A DNA stretch of 64,000 bases, taken from the NCBI RefSeq assembly GCF_006345805.1, contig NC_042997.1, forward strand, positions 210,118,001 through 210,182,000, read 5' to 3'. The translations under genes were made by a program, and so were the position numbers. The notes beneath the pieces are model-generated. The model saw only the letters and a program-made list of their open reading frames with translations. It did not search any database and had not been told where the DNA came from. This stretch comes from Octopus sinensis. Taxonomy: Eukaryota. This document shows positions 1 through 12,000 of this stretch, piece after piece. Position 1 is the stretch's first letter. Each line of letters opens with the position of its first letter.

Positions 1-717
1 CTTGATATTGTTGTATTATAGTTGCGTTTGTCACTGTCATATAAACCATGTCATTCATTCCCAATTTTCTAGAAGAAATTGCTTGGTCATGGGGGAAATA
101 TTACCTTGTTTGGAAGCAAGGGTGGATTGGCAACAGGAAGGGCATCCAGTTGTAGAAAATTTTCCTCAATAAACTCTATCCAGTCCATGCAAGATTGGAA
201 AAGTGGACATTAACAAACTTTGCCAGATCGGATTGGAGCCTGGTACAACCTTCTGGCTTGCCAGCCCTCAGTCAAACCGTCCGACCCATGCCAGCATGGA
301 AAGAGGACGTTAAACAATGACAATTACATATCTGGTAATGAATTAATTGAATCTCAGATTATTTTTTTTTTATGTCCTCTGCTAAAAATACGGTCAGTGA
401 AAGTTGAAACAATTTCTATGTCAATCCAGCATGGAAGCTACTATATGGTTGATTGAATTGCTAGAAATAGCAACCGAATCTTCCTTAAATCAAAATCTTC
501 AATCGCAATCTGGTAAAAGAACATATTGGATGATGGATTCCAAATTGTGTGCAGGGAAAATACAGTATGGCTAAGCCTTGCTAGATAATCCCTCACTCAA
601 AGGACTGATTCAACAGATAAGCGCTAACAATTTCAATGTCTCCCTGACGACTAATTTCTTTCTGTTTTCGTCTCCTTAATTACTTATTTACCTCTTTCTC
701 TCTTTCTCTCCTCGCAG

Positions 718-868
718 TGAAATCTGAGATTTCCAGATACCAAAGCCTTTCTCTTGGTCTCTACCCGGAGTGTGGTACACCTGATCCTTACAAAGCATCC
801 AACCATGGCCACGTCCGAGACAGTATTTATTGTGCGGCAGCAACATGGTGTCTCTCACAGGCATACAG
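718..868 (+). CDS. PHKB: PHKB window exon 1
   Basis: Acceptor ctcgcag|, donor AG|gtacgt; (V)[49 protein letters not shown](R). Confidence 0.92.
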
Positions 869-2141
869 GTACGTCTTCCCCCCTCTAATTCTGAATAGAC
901 CTCTCTTCCACTGACCTCTCTACCAAGGGACAGTGTCGCCCATATTAGAGTACTGACTCCATATCTACGATTGTGCAGCAGCCATGGACATAGACATCCT
1001 GGTGACCATCACCCTGATAGACAACCTTTTACTCACCAACTTACTGCATCTCTTCCACTCACTCTCCTTCTCAGAACTAACAAACTCTCCACCTCAAACT
1101 ATCCAAATCTACTCAACTCTTCTCTTTCTTCTACTTTTTCTCCTTTTTCACCTTCTCCTCCTCCTCTTTCTCCTCCTTTCCCTTCTCCTCCTCCTCTTTC
1201 TCCTCCTTTTCCTTCTCCTCCTCCTCTTTCTCCTCCTTTTCCTTCTCCTACTTCTTCTCCACCTCCTCCTCTTCCTTCTCCTCCTTTCCCTCTACCTCTT
1301 CCTTCTCCATCTTCTTCTCTTGCTTCTCCTCCTCTTTCTCCTCTTCCTTCTCCTCCTCCTCCTCCTCTTCCTTCTCCTCCTCCTCTTCCTTCTCCTCCTT
1401 CTTTGTCCTGAACTACAACACCACCCTGGAACCTCTTCCCCCTCCCCCATTCTCCAATAGTCATCAAATCACATCCTTACCAATCTGTCAGCATCTCCAA
1501 GGGCTATGGACCCACACCTTTCTTCTTCATTAAAATAATAGCATAGCTCAAGGCCATACACATTTTTATCAATCCCCAGCACATAACTGGTACTTTACTT
1601 TCATCCACGTCAAAAGATGAAAGATAAACTTCATCCTGACAGAATATGAGCAGAGAGAAAAAAATGTGAATTAATTACTTTTGTTGAAAGGAAGAGAGAG
1701 AAAACAATTTTAATTAGCAGTCCTAATGGAAGAAGGACCAAGTCTGTGATTTTAATTGGAATTTTATTAATTGTAGTGAAGTGGTGAAAAGATTAGCTGG
1801 ACAACTAATGGTGGTTTAATCTGTTCTTTAGCAAGTAGTGATAACACTGAGAATGTTCCAGTCTTATATGGACCTCATCAGTGAAGATCAAAGAAATCGG
1901 ATTAAATTTGTATTAGTCTTCCAGCTCATGTTTTCTTCTCATTGTATACTCTTTTACTCTTTTTGACTGTGACCATGCTGGAGCACCACCTTTTAGTCAA
2001 AGAAATCAATCCCTGGACTTCTTCTTTGTAAGCCTGGTACTTATTCTGTCGGTCTCTTTTGCCAAACTACTAAGTTATGGGGATATAAACACACCAACAT
2101 CGGTTGTGTCAAGTGATAGTGAAGGGACCAACACACACACA

Positions 2142-2185
<44 letters not shown>

Positions 2186-2970
2186 ATATAATATATTGGC
2201 TCCCATGCTGGTGGCACGTAAAAAGCACTCATCCAAGCATGACCAATGCCAGTACCACCTGACTGGCCCTCGTGCCAGTGGCACATAAAAAGCACCCACT
2301 ACAGTCTCGAAGTGGTTAGCGTTAGGAAGGGCATCCAGCTGCAGAAACTCTGCCAGATCAGACTGGAGCTTGGTGCAGCCTTCTGGCTCGCCAGTCCTCA
2401 GTCAAACTGTCCAACCCATGCCAGCATGGAAAGGGGACATTAAACGCTGACAACGATGATGATGATGATGATGATGATGATGACAGGCTTCTTTCAGTTT
2501 CCATCTTCCAAATCCAATCACTAGGCTTTGGTCAGCTTTAGGCTATAGTAGAAGACTCTTGCCCAAGTTGTCACGCTGTGGGACTGAACCTGGAACCATG
2601 TGGTTGGGAAGCAAGCTTCTTACCACACAGCCATGCTTGTGCAATTAAAATTTTTATTAATTAGTGTCAGAGTTGTCCCCTCCCCCCCCCCCACACACAC
2701 ATACATTGACCAGATTTCATTGAACCTCTTTTCCCTCTCCTCATTATAAATTTAATTTACTCTTTTACTTGTTTCAGTCATTTGACTGCGGCCATGCTGG
2801 AGCACCGCCTTTAATTGAGCAACTCGACCCCGGGACTTATTCTTTTGTAAGCCCATTACTTATTCTATCGGTCTCTTTTGCCGAACCGCTAAGTAACGGG
2901 GACATAAACACACCAGCATCGGTTGTCAAGCAATGCTAGGGGCACAAACACAGACACACAAACACACACA

Positions 2971-3010
<40 letters not shown>

Positions 3011-6000
3011 ACGGGCTTCTTTTCAGTTTCCGTCTACCAAATCCACTCACAAGGCTTTGGTCGGCCCGAGGCTATAGTAGAAGACACTTGCCCAAGGTGC
3101 CATGCAGTGAGACTGAACCATGAACCATGTGGTTGGTAAACAAGCTACTTACCACACTGCCACTCCTGTCAATTTGTTTACATATTTTACTCAAAACAGT
3201 GTTAACCTTCACTTGACTAATGTATTTTATGCAGTTAGCACTGGTATGGCTGTGTGGTTAAGAGGTTTGCTTTCAAACCACACAGTTCTGGGTTCAGTCC
3301 CACTGTGTGGAACCTAGGCAAGTGTCTTCTACTATTGCCCCTGGCTGACCAAAGCCTTGTAAATGAATTTTGTAGGTGGAAAATGAAAGAAAGCCATCAT
3401 ACATGTATCTGTGTGTATATACACATACATACATGTATACACACACGTGTGTGTATATATATACTTACATACATACCCTTTATAGTGAAAATCCCAGGGT
3501 AACCCTATAAACAAGCCTTCACCATCATCATCACCAGCGTTGTTTAATGTCCTCTTTCCATGCTGGCATGGGTTGGACGGTTCGACCGGGGTCTGGGAAG
3601 CCAGGAGGCCGCACCAGGCTCCAATCTTGATCTGGCAATGTTTCTATACCTAGATGTCCTTCCTAACGCCAACCACTCCAACAATGTAGTGGGTGCTTTT
3701 TACGGGCCCCCAGCAGGGGAGCAAGCTTCTTAACCACACAGCCACTCATACAGCTGAGTTTTCTTTTTGTTTTTTTATTGTTGCTGCTGCTGTTGCTGTT
3801 ACCCTTGTTAACTTTCTTCTTGCAGACACATCGATGATGACCAGGGCCGGTGCCAAGAGCTGGCACATAATGCCATCAAAACCATGCGTGGTGTTCTCTA
3901 CTGTTGGATGCACCAAAACACTATAACACAGAACGTAAGAATTCTCTGGCATTACTAGCATTTGAAACTGTTGACCTAGTTGGGTGGAGGGTAAGGTCAT
4001 AGGCTCAAATCTTACTGCAGCCATTGTATTGTGGGCCTTGAGCAAGACAGTCAAGTCTTGCTTTTCATCATCGTTCATCGTTTAGCATCCGCTTTCCATG
4101 CTAGCATGGATTGGACGTATCAACTGGGGTCTGTGAAGCCAGAAGGCTGCATCAGGCACCAGTCTTGATCTGGCAGAATTTCTACAGCTGGATGCCCTTC
4201 CTAACGCCAACCACTCCGTGAGTGTAGTGGGTGCCTTTTACGTGCCACCGGCACAGGTGCCAGACGAGGCTGGCAAACGGCCACGATCGGATGGTGCTTT
4301 TTATGTGCCACCGGCACAGGGCCAGGCGAGGCTGGCAACGGCCACGAACGGATGGTGCTTTTTACATGCCACCGGCACGGGGGCCAGGAGAGGCTGGCTG
4401 GCAACGGCCAATTTTGTTGACATGAAACAGGCTCCTTGCCAACAACACCACCATCGTCTACCTCTTCCCTAACTCCCATCCACCACCATCACCTATCTCT
4501 ATACAACAGCTTCATGATAGTTTCCACTTTGCCACTTTTCGACCAAATGACATGGAAACAGACGAAGCTTAATGACCGGAAGACTATCGAACCATTAGAA
4601 AATCTGCATCAGTAAACTTCCATCCAATCCATGCCAACATGTGAAAGAAGACGTTAAACCAATGTCGAAGGCCATTCAGCTGCTGCTTCTAGCAGGTCAA
4701 GCAGTTGTATAGAGGCTCACTTATGCTATGATATTAATTTAGTCTCATCCCTAATTGTTATTCTTTTGTTCTTTAACTTGTTTCAGTCATTTGGCTACAG
4801 CCATGCTGGAGCACCACCTTTAGTCGAACAAATCGACCCCAGGACTTATTATTTTTTGTAAGCCTAGTACTCATTCTATCGGTCTCTTTTGCCGAACCAC
4901 TAAGTTATGGGGATAACATTGGTTATCAAGTGATGGTGGAGGGACACATACACAAATATACATACATACATCATCATCATCATCATCATCATCGTTTAGC
5001 ATCTGCTTTCCATGCTAGCATGGGGTCTGGTAAGCCATGGAGGCTGCACCAGGCTCCAGTCTTGATCTGGCACAGTTTCTACAGCTGGATGCCCTTCCTA
5101 ACGCCAACCACTCCGTGAGTGTAGTGGGTGCTTTTTACGTGCCACCGGCACATATATATATATATATACACGACAGGCTTCTTTCAGTTTTCATTTACCA
5201 AGTCCACTCACAAGGCTTGGATCAGCCCAAGGCTATAGTAGAAGGCACTTGCTCAAGGTGCCACACAGTGGGACTGAACTTGGAACCATGTGGTTGGGAA
5301 GCAAGCTTCTTACCACACAGCCATGCTGCTCCTATATCATCATCATCATCATCATCATTTTCTATTTGAGTGCAGTTCCTAATTATCTTTCATGATCTCT
5401 CCATTTGTAACAGATTGAAAAATTCAAGCATGACCAAAACCCCATCAATGCTCTCCACAGTGTGTTCGATATTGTCACTGGTGATCCAGTCTTCAAGAAG
5501 GATGAATCAGGGCACTTACAGGTCAGTGGTCTCTTCTTTACCAATATTGTTCATAAGGCGGCGAGCTGGCAGAACCGCTAGCACGCTGGGCGAGATGCTC
5601 AGCGGTATTTCATCTGCCGTTACGTTGTGAGTTCAAATTCCGCCGAGGTCGACTTTGCCTTTCATCTTTCGGGGTTGATTAATTAAGTACCAGTTACGCA
5701 CTGGGATCAATGTAATCAACTTAATACCTATGTCTGTCCTTGTTTGTCCCTTCTATGTTTAGCCCCTTGTGGGTAATAAAGAAATAGGTATTTCGTCTGC
5801 CGCTACGTTCTGAGTTCAAATTCCGCTGAGGTTGACTTTGCCTTTCATCCTTTCGGAGTCGATTAAATAAGTACCAGTTATGCACTGGGGTCGATGTAAT
5901 TGACTTAATACCTATGTCTGTCCTTGTTTAGCCCCTTGTGGGTAGTAAAGAAATAGGTATTTCATCTGCCGTTACATTCAGAGTTCAAATTCCGCCGAGG

Positions 6001-9000
6001 TCGACTTTGCTATTTATCCTTTCAGGGGTTGATTAAATAAGCACCACTGGGGTCAATGTAATCGGCTTAATCCTTATTTGTCCCCTCTATGTTTAGCCCC
6101 CTGTGGGCAATAAAGAAATAAATATTCTTCATTTGGCATCATGAATTGTACTTCCATCAGAGACAGAGTAATACATGGAATGTGTGGCACTCATGCCCTT
6201 CCCAAGAGCATTTAGTGGAATCAGTGAAGGGCAAACTATAATTTCTTTTATTGCTTAAAGATCTCAAGTTTGTGGGGAGGGAGGTGGTCGATTACATTCA
6301 TTTCATTTCCTCCCTCTTCAGTATTTGGCTGATGGGATGAAAGTCAATACTGACCACAACAGGAATAGATCTTGGGCCATAGGGGTCCGTACTGCAAAAG
6401 TCTGTGATATCTAACTGCTTGTAGTGACTAAGGGCATCAAAAGGTGTTGCCTTTTAGCCAGTGGTCAGCCCTGATCCAACAGACCCATGATTAAAGGTGT
6501 TCAGGCTCTGACCATTCCTTCTTTTATTCAGGCATCGTACATCTAGGACTACACTACACAGAGTGATTTGAAGAGATTTGGGTGCTAATTGTAGCAGGTC
6601 GAAGAACTACACAGGCACCGTTTTTGCTTGGCTTGTTATTGTTGTTTAACCCCAGGTCAGCTTTCATGCAGAAGGTATATAATCAGAGACATTCCAGCTA
6701 TGACAATCCAGTATATTTTTATTCAGACATTATATCTTTTTTTTATATATATATATAACATTAAGGTGTGATTTGGTGGTGATTAGTTTTCCATTTCTAA
6801 TATATCCGGACACATACACTATCCAGTAGATCCTTACGGTATAATTTGGTTGCCATTTCTAGCATATAAGGACATCCTGTAAATATCTGAATCTAACCGA
6901 AACGTTTTCCTTTCTCTTCAGCTTGATGTTGTTGGTCTCTACCTCATCTTCCTTGTCCAGATGATAACCTCTGGCCTCCAGGTAAGATATCATCCAGATG
7001 GAATTTCTTTTAATATTTTTTTTTCGTCAGGAGGGAAAGGGCCATGTGCATGACTTTTTCCAGGGCCTCCAAGACTGTTGGAAGGCAGGCAGAGAGTGGG
7101 GGGGATTTCCTCAAACTAGAAACCTGCCCCAAATACTTGCAACAGTGAGGACTCTGTGAGAGGGAGACATCTGTCTCACTGGGCATTAATTTACTACATG
7201 GCACCTGTGCGGGTGGCACGTAAAAAGCACCCACTACACTCACGGAGTGGTTGGCATTAGGCTGTAGAAACATTGCCAGATAAGACTGGAGCCTGGTGCA
7301 GCCTTCTGGCTTCCCAGATCCCCGGTCGAACCGTCCAACCCATGCTAGCATGGAGAACGGACGTTAAGCAATGATGATGATGATGATGATGAAAGCCATG
7401 TCTTCCTTCTCTCTGATCAAATCGTCATCATCATCATTTAACATCCATCAGCCATGCTGCCATGGGTTTGATGCTTTGACAGGATCAAGCAAGCTGCAGG
7501 CTTACACGATGCTGCTTTGTCATCTTTGGAAGGGTTTCTACAGTTGGATGCCCTTCCAAATGCCAACCACTTTATAGAGTTTACTGGGTGTTTTTTGTCT
7601 TTTTTTTTCCATGACAACAGCACTGGTGGGGGTCACTGAGTAACTTACAAGGCGAAAAAAGAGAATTGGATGAAAGGAGGAAAAAGAAAAAGAAAAACTA
7701 AATATGGAGAGTGTTTGAGAGGTGGGGTAGGATTTATTGCCAGGTCTGCCTTTTGAAATATGAAATCATCATCATCATCATCGTTTAACTTCTGCTTTCC
7801 ATGCTAGCATGGGTTGGACGGTTTGACTGAGGTCTGGCGAACCAGGTGGCTGCACCAGGCTCCAATCTTGATCTGGCAGAGTTTCTACAGTTGGATGCCT
7901 TTCCTAACGCCAACCACTCCGAATGTGTAGTGGGTGCTTTTTACGTGCCACTGGCGTGGGGACCAGTCAGCCAGTACTAGCAATGACCTCGCTCAAATCC
8001 TTTTACACATGCCACCGGCACAGGTGCCAGTGAAGCGACGTTGGTAACGATCATGCTCGAATGGTGCCCTTTTACGTGCCACCACCACGGAAACCGGTTG
8101 GCTGCTCTGGCAACGATCACGCTCGGGCGGTGCTTAAGCAGACCAGCCATCGGATGCCAAAATACAAAATAAATTGTCATCATCATTGTAATGATTTAAT
8201 GTTCATTTTCCATGCTGGAATGGTTTGGATGGTTTGACAGGAGCCACACCAGGTTCCGTTGTCTGTTTTGGCGGAGTTTCCTTGGCTGGATTTCCTTTCT
8301 GATGCCAACCACTTCACAGAGTGTATGGGGAGCTTTTTACATGGCACCATTACCAATGCTTTTTACTTGGCACTGGCAGAAAAAAAAAAAAAACCCAGAT
8401 AAACTGATAAAAATATTATTGTCTCCTTTTCAGGTGATATTTTCATCTGACGAAGTGAACTTTGTACAGAATCTTGTGTTCTACGTTGAGCGTGCCTATC
8501 GCACTCCTGACTATGGCATGTGGAAGAGGGGAACGAAATATAACAATGGCAGTACAGAAATACATGCAAGGTAAGTGTTTTCTCTTCAGCTGATCTCTTC
8601 TTCGTTTTCTCATTTCATTCATCATCTTCGTCATTGTTTAACATTCTCTCTCCCAGAAGGAATCTGTTGAGGCAGATTTCCTATACCCAGATGCCCTCCC
8701 TGTTGCCGACCCTCATCTCTGTTTCCAAGCAACAAAATATTTCCCCATGGCCAAACATGTTTTTCATGGGAGATATGAAATGAACAATCTCCCTTGTATG
8801 AAAATAATGTTCCTTTACAACCATCATGTTAGGTCAAAACCAAAAGACACACACAAACACACCCAGAGAGACAATCATCATCATCATCATCATTTAACAT
8901 CCGCTTTCCATGCTGGCATGGGTTGGATGGTTCGACCGAGGTCTGGCAAGCCAGGAGGCTGCACCAGGCTCCAATCTGATCTGGCAAGGTTTCTGCAGTT

Positions 9001-12000
9001 GGATGCCCTTCTTAACACCAACCACTCCAAGAGTGTACTGGGTGCTTTTTACGTGTCACCAGCACAGGGGCGAGTCAGGGGCACTGGCATCGACAATGTT
9101 CACATGGTACTTTTTACATGTCTCCAGCTCTGGGAGCCGGTCAGACTGCACTAGCATCGACCTACGCTCGAATGGTGCTTATTACATGCCACTATAATGA
9201 GCATTACGTCCGTCTGTCTGTTCATCTGTTCCCGCTTTGCAGTCAAGCATCTCTACCAATGGCCACAATGTTTTTCAGGATTACGAAGGAGGTAATCAGG
9301 AAGGTTTTTAGCAAAAAAAATGTAAAAAAGTATGGTTATTTAGTGAATATTGACTTTTGTATTAACAAATTACCTTTGATTTTTTTTTTGTTTGTTAAAA
9401 TTCTGGCAATGAGGATTAACTATGGATTTCCCTACTGTATAGTTCGTGAATTTAGAGGGTTTAGATTTGCGTTACTATCCCTTTATTTCCCATAATAGAT
9501 GGGCAGATTTTCTATTTTACTACGAGTATTAGTGAAAAGGTAATGCCATTTTGTTTAGGACAGGTATAATTACCAACACAGGAACATGTATCATACATCA
9601 AAATGAAGCTGGTCCTCTGTGGATCACATCCCTATTTCTCAACATAGTCACCGTTTCTCTCAATAGCAATGTTCCACCTTCGAATGAGAGCATGTATCCC
9701 TGCCCTGTAAAATTCTGTTGACTTTTCTTTGAGCCACTTCTTCACTACAGTTTCCACTCCCTCAGAGAGAAACAGTGACTATGTTGAGAAGTAGGGATGT
9801 GATCCACAGAGGACCAGCTTCATTTTGATGTATGATACATGTTCCTGTGTTGGTAATTATACCTGTCCTAAACAAAATGGCATTACTTTTTGACTCACCC
9901 TCGTATAATGGGTGTTATGTCCGTCTATCTATCCGTCTCTTTGTCTGTTCCCTCTTCACAACCAGACCACTGGACCAATGGTTACGATACTTATTGGGAT
10001 TACAAAGACGATAGTCAGGAAGATTTTTAGCATTGAAAAAAATCACAAAGTATGATTATTTTGTGGATATCAATTTTTGAATTCGAGTGAAGTTGTTGTC
10101 AGTGCCGCTGGACTGGCTCCTGTGCAGGTGGCATGTAAAAAGCACCATTTTGGCGTGGCTGTTGCCAGTACCACCAAACTGGCCCTCGTGCCGGTGGCAC
10201 GTAAAAGCACCCACTACACTCTCGGAGTGGTTGGCGTTAGGAAGGGCATCCAGCTGTAGAAACTCTGCCAGATCAGATTGGAGTCTGGTTTGCCAGACCT
10301 CAGACAAATCGTCCAACTCATGCTAGCATGGAAAGTGGACGTTAAACGATGATGATGAAACTACCTTTGCATTTTTATAAAAAATTCACCGACCATGAGT
10401 AACTCTGGATTTTCATCATATAGTCTGTGGCCCCATCGTAGATACAAAGGGGGTCGTGAGGACGATTGATAGCAAAAATAAAATGGAAAAAGTATGTGTC
10501 AGTATATGGTGTGTGTGATTATCTAGTGGTTACTGAAGTGTGTCTGTCTTGAGCAGGATTCAAAACGGCTGATCGAAGCAGCTATTGTTTACATCTCAGT
10601 TTTATCAATCAGAATAATCCATGGTACCAGAACATCCATGGATTGAACAGTGAGAAGTAAGTCTTAGTTTGATTTTTTGCAACCCTAAAGATTCCGCTCG
10701 CACATTCACAGCAAACAAGGCCCAGAGCCAGACTTTAGATTGTGTAGGTGTATTTTTACCCACTCCGATGTTTACACATGGCCAGTTATACGTCGCTATG
10801 AGTAGAGCAATGGACTCCAGTAATTTGAAAATTAATGTTGACCAAACAAGAAATATCATCTACAAAGAAGTTTTGTAATCATATTAATATTATCAAAAGG
10901 AATATGATTCGTAATTTAAATAAGGAAATTTGTGAACTTTCAATGTATAAGAGTATAAACAAGCGTAAAATAGTGTAAGCAACTAAAATAAAAAGTATAT
11001 CTAAATAACATTTTTGTCTTAATACTTTTTATGAAGTGGTTGAAGGAAGCCCTGGCTTCCGTTAGGAGTGGTCCACATAACCATTCATGATACAGAGGCT
11101 GTCACTTAGTCACAAACACATGTCACATGGCTGCAAGGGAATGCTGTGTCACCAACAATAATGTGATTTCTCTAAGACATTACCCAGTAATCTATCAAGT
11201 CCATGTTACACCTTTCTCAATACATACTGATGCTATGACTTCCCTCCGTCACTTCATGCCTCCATCGTAGATGGGTGGATTTGCTAGGATATAGAATGGG
11301 CTTATTTTCAGCTTCCATCAACTAAATCCACACACAAGGCTTTGGCTGATTTGGGGCAATAGGAGAAGACACTTGCCCAAGGTGCTGTACAGTGGGACTG
11401 AACTCAAAACCACATGGTTAGGAAGCAAACTTCTTAACCACACAGCCATGCCTGCATCTATACTGCACCTGCACCAACAACCATGCCCTATTTAAGTGGA
11501 TGAAACCTTAAACCATTTACTATGCAACATCTCTTATGTTCTTCCTTTTAATTCCTTCTAGTTCTATTGGTTTCTGTAAAGCTGCTTTGGAATCCATAAG
11601 TGGAGTGAACCTGTTTGGAGAATATGGTGCTTCCTGGTCTGTCATTTATATTGACATTGATGCCCACAATCGGAACCGAACTATTTTTGAAACCATCCTA
11701 CCTCGAGAGTCAAATTCCAAGGTTTGTGGAAAGTTTCTTCTTCGATTTATCAATTCTCATATCTTTCTTTACCATTTACTCTTTCATCATCATCATCATC
11801 GTTTAATGTCCGTTTTTCATGCTGGCATGGGTTGGACGGTTTGATTGAGGTCCGGAGAGCCAGTGGCTGAACTAGGCACCAATCTGAACTGGCACCCATG
11901 CCAGTGACATGTAAAAAGCACCTTTTGAGCATTGGGCCTCACAGAGGCAAAGTGGCTGACGCCGGTGGCACATGAAGAGCTCCTTTCGAGTGTTGGGTCT

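Noticed and set aside
971-1467. Pro/Ser/Leu- and Gly/Glu-rich ORFs of 120-160 aa
   Set aside because: They translate a CT-rich low-complexity tract in PHKB intron 1; no domain and no splice support
8595-8625. Intronic ttcgttttctcatttc as an editing-complementary sequence for the WKRG codon
   Set aside because: The pairing is short and relies on several G-U pairs and two mismatches; not distinguishable from chance in a pyrimidine-rich intron without folding and editing data
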